DNA from: Kofleriaceae bacterium
GTDB lineage: Bacteria; Myxococcota_A; Polyangia; Haliangiales; Haliangiaceae
Assembly: GCA_965215005.1 (NCBI GenBank)
Contig: CBDCCZ010000054.1
Span: 64,001 to 128,000, forward strand
Reading direction: 5' to 3'
DNA: 64,000 bases
Of the stretch, positions 40,928 through 50,425 are shown piece by piece (position 1 is the stretch's first letter; each line of letters opens with the position of its first letter). The notes under the pieces were generated by a model, which worked only from the letters and a program-made list of their open reading frames with translations, did not search any database and was not told the origin of the DNA. Both the position numbers and the translations under genes were made by a program.

Positions 40928-42697
40928 TCAGCGATCGACCGCCTTCAGCCCAGCCTCGATGATGTCGAGTCCGGCATCGAGCGCTGCGCGATCTATGGTG
41001 AGTGGCGGAAGTAGCTTGAGAACCTCGCCGCGCGGCCCGGAGGTTTCGATGATGAGCCCGCGCTCGAAACACGCCCGCGACAGCGCACTCGCGCGATCGC
41101 CCGCTAGCTCCATGCCGGCGATGAGCCCGCGTCCGCGCACGTCGGTCACGATGGCGTGCGACGCTGCCATGGCCGTTAAACGCTCACGAACGTGCTCGCC
41201 TTTGGCGACGACCTCACGGCTGAGCGAATCGTCGCTCCAGTAGCGCTCGAGCGCTGCCGTGGCGCTCACCATGGCGAGCTGAAAACCGCGAAACGTTCCG
41301 TTGTGCTTGGCAGGCTCCCAAATGTCGAGGTCTGGCCGGATGAGCGTGAGCGCAAACGGCAGCCCGTAACCCGACAATGCTTTCGAGAGGGTGACGATAT
41401 CGGGGACGATGCCCGAGGGCTCGAAGCTGAAAAATGGGCCCGTGCGTCCGCAACCGACTTGAATCTCATCGACGATGAGAAGGATCTTGTGCCTGCGGCA
41501 CAGCGACTGCAGCCGCGCTAGCCACTCATTGCTCGCGACGTTGACGCCGCCTTCGCCTTGCACCGTCTCGACGATCACCGCCGCCGGCACGTCCACTCCA
41601 CTGCTGGTATCGACCAAGTAGCGCTCGAAGTAGCTAAGCGTATCGGCATCGCCGAAGTAGCCGGCAAAGGGCATGTGCTGGGTATACGGAAGCGGCACGC
41701 CGGCGCCTTCGCGCTTGGATTCGTTGCCCGTAACCGCAAGGGCGCCGAGGGTCATTCCGTGGAAGCCCTTGGTGAAGGCGACGATGGTCTCGCGGCCGGT
41801 GACCAAGCGTGCGAGCTTTATGGCTGCTTCGACCGCGTTGGTCCCGGTGGGGCCGGGGAACATGATGCGGTAGTCGAGGTTGCGCGGGGCCAGCACGCGG
41901 TCGACGAACGCGCGCAAGAACGCGCGCTTGCCGGTGGTGTACATGTCGAGGCCGTGAGTAATGCCGCCGCGTTCGAGGTGCGCCATGATCGCCTGGCGCA
42001 GCTCGGGCGGATTGTGTCCGTAGCTAACGACACCAGCGCCCGCGAAGAAGTCGAGGTATTGGCGGCCTTCTTCGTCGATGAGGAGGTGACCCTCGGCGCG
42101 ATCGAAGACGGTGGGAAACGATCGGCAGTAGCTGCGGACGGCCGATTCGTGCTCGCGAAACACCTGCGTGGCTTCGCGCGTGTCTTCAACCACATGACGC
42201 TGCGTGATGGGGCCAATGCGATGCAGCTCTTCGGCCGCGTGATCGCCAGGAAATTGCTCGGCCGTGAAGCACGGTGAGATGGCGATCGAAGTCTCGAGCG
42301 AGCGCGCAATCGAAGCGAATAGGCGCTTTGACGCTTCATTCGTGGGCGTCACGGTTGCTTCGATCCAGCGCACGCTGCGGCAGCTGGAGCGCGCCAAAAT
42401 CTCACGGACCATCTGCCGTGCGAGCCCGCGGCCGCGCGCTTCCGGCGCGCTGCCGACTTGCCACACAAACAGTGCATCGTCGTGCGTGGGCGGTCGATAG
42501 GCGGCGACGAAGCCGACGATGGTGTCGCCCATGTAGGCGACCACGCTGGTGGGTGCCCAGTGTGTGCCCACCAGCAGATAGGCGTAGGCGGAGTTGATAT
42601 CGAGGCCGATGCGTTCGGCCAGCCGCCACATTGCCGGGCCGTCGTCGGCGGTTGGGATACGGAGTGAGATCGATTCCTGAGAAGCCGTTGTCGTCAT
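40928..42697 (-). CDS. ectAB: Fused diaminobutyrate acetyltransferase (EctA) and diaminobutyrate-2-oxoglutarate transaminase (EctB)
   Basis: N-terminal LDINSAYAYLL, LFVWQV, EATVTPTNEAS, RIGP; C-terminal ESAVRSYCRSFP, DFFAGAG, GPTGTNAVEAA, PLP lysine LSKALSG, HNGTFRG. Confidence 0.9.
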   Translation of the reverse strand: MTTTASQESISLRIPTADDGPAMWRLAERIGLDINSAYAYLLVGTHWAPTSVVAYMGDTIVGFVAAYRPPTHDDALFVWQVGSAPEARGRGLARQMVREILARSSCRSVRWIEATVTPTNEASKRLFASIARSLETSIAISPCFTAEQFPGDHAAEELHRIGPITQRHVVEDTREATQVFREHESAVRSYCRSFPTVFDRAEGHLLIDEEGRQYLDFFAGAGVVSYGHNPPELRQAIMAHLERGGITHGLDMYTTGKRAFLRAFVDRVLAPRNLDYRIMFPGPTGTNAVEAAIKLARLVTGRETIVAFTKGFHGMTLGALAVTGNESKREGAGVPLPYTQHMPFAGYFGDADTLSYFERYLVDTSSGVDVPAAVIVETVQGEGGVNVASNEWLARLQSLCRRHKILLIVDEIQVGCGRTGPFFSFEPSGIVPDIVTLSKALSGYGLPFALTLIRPDLDIWEPAKHNGTFRGFQLAMVSATAALERYWSDDSLSREVVAKGEHVRERLTAMAASHAIVTDVRGRGLIAGMELAGDRASALSRACFERGLIIETSGPRGEVLKLLPPLTIDRAALDAGLDIIEAGLKAVDR

Positions 42698-42710
42698 GGG
42701 ATTGCCTTTC

Positions 42711-44228
42711 TCAACGCTTGGAAGAAGCTTCGCTGCGGCGCTCGGGGCCATCGGAGCCAAGCGTAAATAGCGACTCCCACGGGGGGCCTAAGGTTGGATC
42801 GTCATCATCGATGGGAAACAAGCGCGCGTGGACTTCCTCGAGTAAGCGATCGGCGTTGGCTTCATCGACCACCAGCGACAGATTCGCGCCGTTGGCGGCT
42901 TGTGAAACCATGTGGACGTCGTGCCCTTTGAAGAACTCGAAGATCGGTCCGAGCTCGTGAAAGATGCCGTGAATGTTGGTTCCAACCAGGCTTAGCGCCG
43001 CACCGAGGCCCACGATGCGCGCTGAGCCGAGCTGGAGCAGATCACTGAGCGCGCCGTTGACGGTGACTTCGTCGAGGCGATTGGTGCCGGGGTCGAGGAG
43101 AAAGGTGATGCTGGTTTCCGACGCGGCGACCATATCGATGGACAAGTTCCAGCGCGCAAAACACGCCGAGCTGTCGCGCAAAAAGCCGACGTTCTGCAGC
43201 GCGCGGTCGACATCCACCGAGATTAGGTGCATGCCTTTGCGCAGCGATACCGCTTTGATGTGCGCGGGCCCCTCGGGAATGCCGCTCGAGATGACCGTGC
43301 CTACCAGCTCGGGCGCCAGCGTGCACTTGATGTGGAGCGGAATTTGGTGTGCTGCGACCGGCGCGATGCAGCGCGGATGCAACACGCGCCCACCCATGAG
43401 AGCGAGCTCTTCGGCCTCGCGGTAACGCAGCCGGCGCAACAGCCGAGCGCTCGGAATGGCGCGTGGGTTTGCCGAGAACATGCCCGGTACGTCGGTCCAG
43501 ATTTCTAGCCTGCGTGCTCCCAATCGCGCGGCGAAGTAGGCCGCGGAGGTGTCGGAGCCGCCGCGGCCGAGCAACACCGTGTCGCCGGCGGCGTCGGAAG
43601 CGATGAAGCCTTGGGTGAGCACCACGTCGGCCTCTAACGAGCCGAGGCGCTCGCACAGCGCGCGGTCGTGATCGCTCGAGCACACTGCCGACAAATAGTG
43701 ACGAACCGGCGCGGTAGCGATGGTGTGCGGGTTGCTCACCGCGGTGAGGAGCGAGCGCGCGTCTTGCCACGAGGTGTGCACGCCTTGCGCCGAAAGCCAC
43801 GCCGCGCCCAGCCGCGTGCTCATCAGCTCACCCATGCTCATGACGCGGGCTCGTACCCGCGGGCTCGCTTCTTCGAGCATATGGGCGCCGCGCGCGAGAC
43901 GCTCGAGCTCTTCTAGTAAGTCACCGATGAGCTCGTCGGCGTCCAAGCCCATGTCGGCGGCGAGCTCGCGGTGGGTCTGAGCAACAGCGGCCAATGTCGG
44001 TCGCGTGTCCTCTCCCGCTTCTGCGGCGGTGAGGAGCTGCTCGAGCAAGTCCGATCCGCCGGCGACAGCGGAGCAAACCACCACCGGTCGCAGGCCCTCA
44101 GCGAGTCGCGCGCGAAGTGTCGATGCGATGATGCGCCAACGCTCGATGGAGGCGACACTGGTTCCGCCAAACTTCAGCACCACGTAAGCGGCGTGGTGAG
44201 CTTCGGCAGCTTGATACTGTTCGGTCAT
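42711..44228 (-). CDS. Aspartate kinase with ACT domains
   Basis: VLKFGGTSV, GELMS, LGRGGSDTSA, IWTDVPG. Confidence 0.92.
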   Translation of the reverse strand: MTEQYQAAEAHHAAYVVLKFGGTSVASIERWRIIASTLRARLAEGLRPVVVCSAVAGGSDLLEQLLTAAEAGEDTRPTLAAVAQTHRELAADMGLDADELIGDLLEELERLARGAHMLEEASPRVRARVMSMGELMSTRLGAAWLSAQGVHTSWQDARSLLTAVSNPHTIATAPVRHYLSAVCSSDHDRALCERLGSLEADVVLTQGFIASDAAGDTVLLGRGGSDTSAAYFAARLGARRLEIWTDVPGMFSANPRAIPSARLLRRLRYREAEELALMGGRVLHPRCIAPVAAHQIPLHIKCTLAPELVGTVISSGIPEGPAHIKAVSLRKGMHLISVDVDRALQNVGFLRDSSACFARWNLSIDMVAASETSITFLLDPGTNRLDEVTVNGALSDLLQLGSARIVGLGAALSLVGTNIHGIFHELGPIFEFFKGHDVHMVSQAANGANLSLVVDEANADRLLEEVHARLFPIDDDDPTLGPPWESLFTLGSDGPERRSEASSKR

Positions 44229-44416
44229 AGAATCTCCGTCTACGCAGCGCCCGACCGCGGTACAGATGTGCGGCGGGCAACGAGGCGGGCATTCTCGCAT
44301 CCGAGGGGGCGGCGTCCAAGCGCGGGATATGGGCAACCTGGCGAGGCAGCTTCACCCGCGAGATGCGAAGGGCGATGCTGCCTGCGGCGGTGCAGGGCGA
44401 GCGGCGCTCACGGAAA

Positions 44417-45859
44417 TCAGGCGGCGTCAGCGTCGAAGACGATCGGCGCGCTGGCCGCTTCGGCGCGAATGGGAATGACGGCGGCGCTGGCCAAGCGACG
44501 GGTCAGCCAGCCGTTCTTCTGCAGGGTCAAGAGCGCGTACGGCGTGATCCACGACAGCGCGATGATTGAGTAGACGCTGTATGGGAAGGCCCACAGGCTG
44601 TGCCGGCGATCGCGCAGCAGCGCATGCACGGCGGCCGGCGCAAGCGAGCCAGCGACCGCAGCGCCGAGCATCATGAGGGCGCCAAGACCGGGGTGCAGCA
44701 GCGCCAACGCCATGGTCGGTAGCCACATGCCGATCGACCAGCCGAGACGAACGATGCTGTAGCTGTATTTAAGCCGAGCGCCGGTGGTGCTGGTGGCGCG
44801 AAACCGGCGAAACACGAACCGCGCCATCACCAGCGACTCACGAAGGTTGCTGCGCGCCCATCGCAGCAGCATGCGGCACAGCGGGGCCAATCGAGTCGGC
44901 ACTTCGGTGTGGACGATGGCGTTGCCTTGAAAGGTCACGTGAAAGCCTTCGCGGAGGATTAAGTTGGTCATCGCGCGGTCTTCACCGATGCCCGCGGGGC
45001 GGCCGAGGAACTGCTGATGCAGCCACTCGTCTTCGACCTCCATCGCGACCGAGCGGCGGTACGCCGAGAGCGCGCCCGGCGTGCACATCACGGTGTTGAC
45101 CTCGCTTTGGCTGGCGCGAACGAAGTCAAAGCCGTAGGTGAAGACGACATCCATCATCCGCGGGATGATGCCGCCGTCGTAGTTCAAAACCCGCACGTTG
45201 CCGGCAACGGCGCCGATGCGAGCGTCGAGAACGAACGGGCTCACGAGGTTGCGAAGCGTGTCGTGCTCGACTTCAGAGTCGCTATCGACGGTGACTATCA
45301 CGATGCCGCGACTGCGGCGAAAGCCTTGCGACAGCGCATGGCGTTTCCCGCGGTTGATGGCGTAATGCACTGCCTGGATGCGGTCGGGTGCTTCGGCGGC
45401 GGCAGCACGAATCCACGACCAAGTGTCGTCTTGACTGCCATCATCGACGGCGACGAGGTTGAGCTTATGGGCTGGATAATCGCTGGCTAACAGGCTCCGC
45501 AGCGTGCGCAGCACCTGCGCGCCTTCGTTGTAGGCCGGAACGATGACGGTGATTTCGGGCAGCTCGTCGTCGTTCACGCTCTCGACGGGCCGATAGCGGG
45601 CAACCAGCGCTACTCGCCACACCAGCATCGCCAGTCCCAGTGTAGCCATCGTCGTGGCGGCGAGCCAGAAAACCAGCCCCGCTGGGCCTGGCACCAGCGA
45701 CTGCGCCCACGCCGCACTCAATGCGCCCGACGTTACGGCAGCGATCTGCGCTACGAGAAGTGCAGCAGCGATGACGAGTAGCCAACGGAGATGATGATAG
45801 CGATGAGGCTTGGTGCTCACGGGCGAGGGTGCTTGGGCGTGAGAAGCTGTAGCGAGCAT
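44417..45859 (-). CDS. Processive membrane GT2 glycosyltransferase (HasA/NodC/IcaA-like)
   Basis: PAYNE, DDGS, GKR, DSDS, PGALSAYR, GEDR, LRW; TM helices at both ends; GGAG SD. Confidence 0.88.
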   Translation of the reverse strand: MLATASHAQAPSPVSTKPHRYHHLRWLLVIAAALLVAQIAAVTSGALSAAWAQSLVPGPAGLVFWLAATTMATLGLAMLVWRVALVARYRPVESVNDDELPEITVIVPAYNEGAQVLRTLRSLLASDYPAHKLNLVAVDDGSQDDTWSWIRAAAAEAPDRIQAVHYAINRGKRHALSQGFRRSRGIVIVTVDSDSEVEHDTLRNLVSPFVLDARIGAVAGNVRVLNYDGGIIPRMMDVVFTYGFDFVRASQSEVNTVMCTPGALSAYRRSVAMEVEDEWLHQQFLGRPAGIGEDRAMTNLILREGFHVTFQGNAIVHTEVPTRLAPLCRMLLRWARSNLRESLVMARFVFRRFRATSTTGARLKYSYSIVRLGWSIGMWLPTMALALLHPGLGALMMLGAAVAGSLAPAAVHALLRDRRHSLWAFPYSVYSIIALSWITPYALLTLQKNGWLTRRLASAAVIPIRAEAASAPIVFDADAA

Positions 45860-45915
45860 TGGTCACTCCTGATGGCCGCCGAAAACGAAGCAGGCGGCGC
45901 TGGAGCCCGGCCCAG

Positions 45916-45931
45916 AGCAACCTCCGTACCG
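45916..45931 (-). promoter_or_regulatory. Sigma54 promoter for the GT2 gene
   Basis: CGGTACG-GAGG-TTGCT with GG-N10-GC spacing, ending 56 bp before ATG 45859. Confidence 0.72.
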
Positions 45932-45994
45932 AGTTGTAAGCCCGCAGAATGCAAGGTGGGAGAACCGCGCTCCATGCCGTCGCGCGCCGACAAA

Positions 45995-46052
45995 GGGGAA
46001 AGTTTCCCGGGCGTGCTCCCGCAGGCACGATTGGCGGCGGGAAATCTTTCCC
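45995..46052. promoter_or_regulatory. Paired palindromic candidate enhancer (UAS) sites
   Basis: GGGGAAAGTTTCCC (45995-46008) and GGGAAATCTTTCCC (46039-46052), 44 bp apart; weaker GTGAAAGGTTTCGC at 46124-46137. Confidence 0.65.
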
Positions 46053-46189
46053 TCCGGTGCCGCTTGGCCTCACGAAGGCTCGGCGAGATGCGCTTGTGCT
46101 CGCTGAAGCTGCCTTGGCACGTGGTGAAAGGTTTCGCCGCCGCCGTTTCCAAGCTAGGTTTTGCGGCTAGCTCCTGGTCCGGAAGTCCC

Positions 46190-47527
46190 ATGCCCAACGT
46201 CCGAGTTCTGGTCGTCGAAGACGACACCGCCATGCGAGAAGTGCTCGAGGCCCGCCTGCAAGGGTGGCGGTATGAGGTGGCAACGGCGGATTGCGGGGCG
46301 CGCGCTGCAGAGCTGCTCGATGCCTTCGATCCGCACGTCGTCATCTCCGATCTGGTCTTGCCCGATGTCACCGGCCTCGAGCTACTGGCGGCGCTCACTG
46401 CGGAGCCACGGCGACACGTCTTCTTGATCACCGCGTACGGCACCATCGACACCGCCGTGGAGGCGATGAAACGCGGTGCGCGCGATTTCTTGACGAAGCC
46501 TCTGGACTACGTCGCGCTCAAGCGACTCCTCGATGACGCCGAAGGCGAGCTCGGCGCAGAGTCGCCGGTGTCTGCACCGGGAGGCCTTGGCAGGCTGGTC
46601 GGCGGCTCCAACCAACAACAGCGTTTGTATGAGCTGATCCGCATGGTGGCGGCGAGTGACGCAACCAGCTTGATCGTCGGTGAAAGCGGAACCGGCAAGG
46701 AGCTCGTCGCGCACACCATTCACGAGCTCAGCGATCGCCGCAATGGGCCTTTCGTCGCGGTGAACTCGGCAGCGATTCCGGAAGGCCTCACCGAGGGCGA
46801 GCTGTTCGGTCATGCCCGCGGTGCCTTCACCGGCGCCATTGAGTCGCGGGCTGGGCTCTTCGAGCAGGCCGATGGCGGCACCTTGTTTCTCGACGAGATC
46901 ACCGAGATGCCTTTGGCGCTGCAGGCAAAGTTCCTGCGCGTGCTCGAGGATCGCAAGGTTCGCCCGCTCGGAGGTCGTCACGAGCGCAGCTGCGACGTTC
47001 GCATTCTCGCAGCGACCAACCGCGACCCAGATCTCGCAGTGCGCGACAACCTACTGCGCCAAGATCTCTACTATCGCCTCAACGTGTTCCGCATCGACGT
47101 ACCGGCGCTGCGCGAGCGTCGCTCCGACATTCCCGCGCTCGTAGAGCACTTCCTGCGTGGTCTCCAGAGCAGGCGTGGAGGGGGCGTCGGACGCATCGAG
47201 CCCACGGCGCTCCGGCAACTGGCAGCGCATTCGTGGCCTGGCAACGTGCGCGAGCTGCGGAACGTGGTCGAGCGCGCGGTCATTCTCGCCAGCGGTGGGC
47301 CGATACGCGTAGAGCAGGTGCCGCTCGAGGCGCCGAAGGCGGCGTCCGAGGCGCCCCGCGGCATCGTCCTTCCGCATCGCGTCACCAGCGCAGAAGCCGA
47401 GCGCATCTTGATCCTCGAGACCTTGCGGCAAAGTGGCAACAACAAAGCAGAAGCTGCACGCCGCCTCGGGCTCGACGTCAAGACCATTCGCAACAAGCTC
47501 AAGTCGTTCGCGGCGCGGGCCGAATGA
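46190..47527 (+). CDS. NtrC-family sigma54 response regulator
   Basis: REC (VVEDD, SDLVLP, TAYG, KP), [14 protein letters not shown], Fis HTH. Confidence 0.93.
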   Translation: MPNVRVLVVEDDTAMREVLEARLQGWRYEVATADCGARAAELLDAFDPHVVISDLVLPDVTGLELLAALTAEPRRHVFLITAYGTIDTAVEAMKRGARDFLTKPLDYVALKRLLDDAEGELGAESPVSAPGGLGRLVGGSNQQQRLYELIRMVAASDATSLIVGESGTGKELVAHTIHELSDRRNGPFVAVNSAAIPEGLTEGELFGHARGAFTGAIESRAGLFEQADGGTLFLDEITEMPLALQAKFLRVLEDRKVRPLGGRHERSCDVRILAATNRDPDLAVRDNLLRQDLYYRLNVFRIDVPALRERRSDIPALVEHFLRGLQSRRGGGVGRIEPTALRQLAAHSWPGNVRELRNVVERAVILASGGPIRVEQVPLEAPKAASEAPRGIVLPHRVTSAEAERILILETLRQSGNNKAEAARRLGLDVKTIRNKLKSFAARAE

Positions 47528-49050
47528 GAGTTGCGAGCAAGTTCTCGGTGGGCTTCGCGCTGGCGCTGCTGCCGCTGGTCGGGGTCCTGGTGTACATCGT
47601 CGGCCAAGTGGATCGCCTCGCCACCGCCAATCGCACTCTAGCGACCGTGCAGTTCACCGCCGCCAACCAATCGCTGCAGCTCATCCGCCAGCTCGAGCTC
47701 GTGGGCGAGTACGCGGGGAAGTATGCGGTGAGCGGGGATGTCCGCTATGTCGAGCGCGTGGCGGAGGTCGAGCGCCAGGTGAGGGCCGTGTTGACGACGC
47801 TGGCGGCGTTGCCGCTCTCGGAGCGCGAGCGACGGCAGGCGCAGGCATTTAGCGCCGCATGGGAAGTATTCCACGCGCAACTCGATCGCGAGACCGCCGC
47901 GATCGCGGGCGGGGCTCCTCGTGAAGATGCGCTGGCGCCGGCGCTCCAGCGCATCGAGGGGCTGCGCGAGCGTGCGCACGCCATCGTTCGCGCGACTCGC
48001 GAGACCATTGATGGACAAGCGCGAGCAGCCGCTGAGGTAAGCGCCTACAGCGAGCGGATGTCGCTGGTCGTCGCTAGCGTCGCAACCCTGGTGAGCCTGC
48101 TCGTCTTCATCATCACGTTTCGCGCCATTCACCGGCCGATCAAGCGCCTCGCCGAGGGAACTCGCGCGGTGGCGCGCGGGCAGTTTTCGTTTCAGATTCA
48201 GGAGCGCGGCAGCGATGAGCTCGCGGAGCTGTCACGAGCGTTCAACAGCATGGTGCGAAGCATTTGGAAGCTGCTTCGCATGAAGTCCGAGTTCGTGTCC
48301 CACGTGTCGCACGAGCTCAAGACGCCGCTGGTGTCGATGCACGAGACCAGTCAGCTGCTACTCGATGAGATTCCTGGCGCGCTCAACGACAAGCAGCGGC
48401 GCTTGCTCGAGCTCAACTTGGCGGCTTCGCGCCGATTATCGGCGATGATCACCGACCTGCTCGAGCTGTCGCGCGCGGAGCGCGGTTTGCGTGCTGCGCC
48501 GCGCCGTCATGACTTGATCGACCTGGTAGAGCAGGCAACGGCGGAGTTGGAGCTGCGCGCGGCGGATCGCGAGGTTTACGTGATCCTGCGGTTTCCGGTC
48601 AAAACGCTGCCGGTGGTGTGCGACGGTGATCGAATCATTCAGGTCGTGCAGAACCTCCTCGACAATGCGCTCAAGTTCACGCCCGCCGGCGGCACCATCG
48701 AGGTGCGCGGTGGGCTGGCCGGCGAAGACGTCGTTCCGCCGGGCATTCGCGAGGCGCTGGCCACCGATGTTGCCAAGCGCTTTGCGCTGCTCGAGATCGA
48801 CGATAGTGGTCCCGGCCTCGCCGACAGCGAGCGCGAGCGTATCTTCGAGCGCTTCTACCAATCGCACGGCGGCGAGCGCGGCGGCGTAGGCCTTGGCTTG
48901 GCGATCTGTCGCGAGATCGTCACCGCGCATGGTGGCGTCATCTGGGCCACGCGCGGCACTCTCGGCGGCGCGTGCTTTGCTGTGGTGTTGCCGTTTGCCT
49001 CCATCGAAAGCAACTCCCTCTCTCAAACTCCGCTCGAGCCTCGGTCATGA
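47524..49050 (+). CDS. Membrane sensor histidine kinase with HAMP
   Basis: Two TMs, helical periplasmic domain, SHELKTPL, NLLDNALKF, DSGPG, GLGLAI. Confidence 0.93.
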   Translation: MRVASKFSVGFALALLPLVGVLVYIVGQVDRLATANRTLATVQFTAANQSLQLIRQLELVGEYAGKYAVSGDVRYVERVAEVERQVRAVLTTLAALPLSERERRQAQAFSAAWEVFHAQLDRETAAIAGGAPREDALAPALQRIEGLRERAHAIVRATRETIDGQARAAAEVSAYSERMSLVVASVATLVSLLVFIITFRAIHRPIKRLAEGTRAVARGQFSFQIQERGSDELAELSRAFNSMVRSIWKLLRMKSEFVSHVSHELKTPLVSMHETSQLLLDEIPGALNDKQRRLLELNLAASRRLSAMITDLLELSRAERGLRAAPRRHDLIDLVEQATAELELRAADREVYVILRFPVKTLPVVCDGDRIIQVVQNLLDNALKFTPAGGTIEVRGGLAGEDVVPPGIREALATDVAKRFALLEIDDSGPGLADSERERIFERFYQSHGGERGGVGLGLAICREIVTAHGGVIWATRGTLGGACFAVVLPFASIESNSLSQTPLEPRS

Positions 49051-49667
49051 TGTCTGCGTTGCGATTGCTGGTGGTTTTGTTATGCGCCGTGTCCGCGTGT
49101 GCACACGCGCAAACCTCACCACAATGGCGCGGGGATGCGTCGTTCGAGCGCGGCGCCTTCGACCGCGCGGTCATCGATTACGAACGCGAGCTGCGCGAGC
49201 GGCCGCAGGCGCCAGACCGCCGTGAGGCGCAGCTGCGGCTCGCGCTGGCGTATCTGGCGCACCCGATCCTCGCCCAGCGGCAGCGGGCGCGGCCGCTATT
49301 AGAGCAGATGGCCAACAGCTCGCCGCATGATGCCACCGGCCGGCAAGCGGCTATTTTGGCCGGCCATCTGGGTGAGCTCGAGCGCGGGGCTGCGCAGCTT
49401 CGCCGTGAGCAGCAGCGGCTGGCGGCGCTCGAAGAAGCGGTGGCGCGGCTGCGTGAATTGTCACTAGAGCTGGCCAATCGCGCGCGCGCGAGCGAGGAGC
49501 AACGGCTTGTCAGCGATGAAGAACGGTTGCGCCTGAGCCGCGAGGTCGAGCAGCTCAAAGCAACGGTCGCGGAGCAGAAGGCGCACGTTGCCCGGGTGAC
49601 CGAGCAGCTCGATCGACTCAGCGAGCAGCTAGATGGCCTAAAGTCCATCGATCTCCAGCGCCGCTGA
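49047..49667 (+). CDS. Helical/coiled-coil lipoprotein (QseG-like position)
   Basis: Lipobox VSAC, TPR-like helices, long coiled coil ending LDGLKSID; ATGA overlap with the kinase. Confidence 0.7.
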   Translation: MMSALRLLVVLLCAVSACAHAQTSPQWRGDASFERGAFDRAVIDYERELRERPQAPDRREAQLRLALAYLAHPILAQRQRARPLLEQMANSSPHDATGRQAAILAGHLGELERGAAQLRREQQRLAALEEAVARLRELSLELANRARASEEQRLVSDEERLRLSREVEQLKATVAEQKAHVARVTEQLDRLSEQLDGLKSIDLQRR

Positions 49668-49699
49668 GCGAGCTCACGGCTCGTGGTACAAGCGCGGCT

Positions 49700-50407
49700 A
49701 TGCTGCAAGCGCTCGCCGAAGAGCTATGGGGTTGGGACTATGAGCTGCGGATGCCGGGGGGAGTCATCCTGCCTTCGCGCGCCTGCATCGTGCGCTTGGC
49801 CGGTGACCGATTGGTCGTCATCTCGCCACCAGACCTCGACGATGCCGGTTGGCAGCAGCTCGAGGCGCTAGGCGACGTTGCCTATCTAGTAGCGCCGAAT
49901 TGCTTCCATCATTTGTATATACGACCGGCCGCCGAGCGTTATCCGCAAGCGGAGGTCCACGTGGCGCCGGGGCTGCCGGCAAAGCGACCGAACCTGCGCG
50001 TGACCTCGGTGCTCGCAGCCCCGGGGCCCGCGAGCTGGGGTGGCGAGCTGGTGGCGCTGCCCGTCGAAGGTGCGCCGCGGATGAATGAGGTGCTGCTACT
50101 CCACCAGCCGAGCAATGGCGCGAGTAAATCGCTGCTAGCGACGGACGTACTGTTCAATCTGCAGGGCGCCGCCAACCTCCGCAGCCGCGTCATGTTCACG
50201 CTGCTTGGCACCCACGACCGCTGCGCCACGAGCCGACTGATCAAGCTGATCGTCCAAGATCGCGGCGCCTTTAGCGCCTCGGTCGAGCGCGCTCTGGACG
50301 CGGAGTTCGACCGCATCGTGCCGGCCCACGGCGCCATTCTCGAGCTCGACGCCAAGGCTCGTGCTCGCGAAGCGCTCGCGAAGCGAGGTCTGCGGCCGGC
50401 TTCGTGA
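49700..50407 (+). CDS. DUF4336-like metallo-beta-lactamase-fold protein
   Basis: L.VISP, VAPNCFHHLY, E....H, L.TD, PAHG. Confidence 0.75.
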   Translation: MLQALAEELWGWDYELRMPGGVILPSRACIVRLAGDRLVVISPPDLDDAGWQQLEALGDVAYLVAPNCFHHLYIRPAAERYPQAEVHVAPGLPAKRPNLRVTSVLAAPGPASWGGELVALPVEGAPRMNEVLLLHQPSNGASKSLLATDVLFNLQGAANLRSRVMFTLLGTHDRCATSRLIKLIVQDRGAFSASVERALDAEFDRIVPAHGAILELDAKARAREALAKRGLRPAS

Positions 50408-50425
50408 CTCGCTGCTAGGCGGTCC

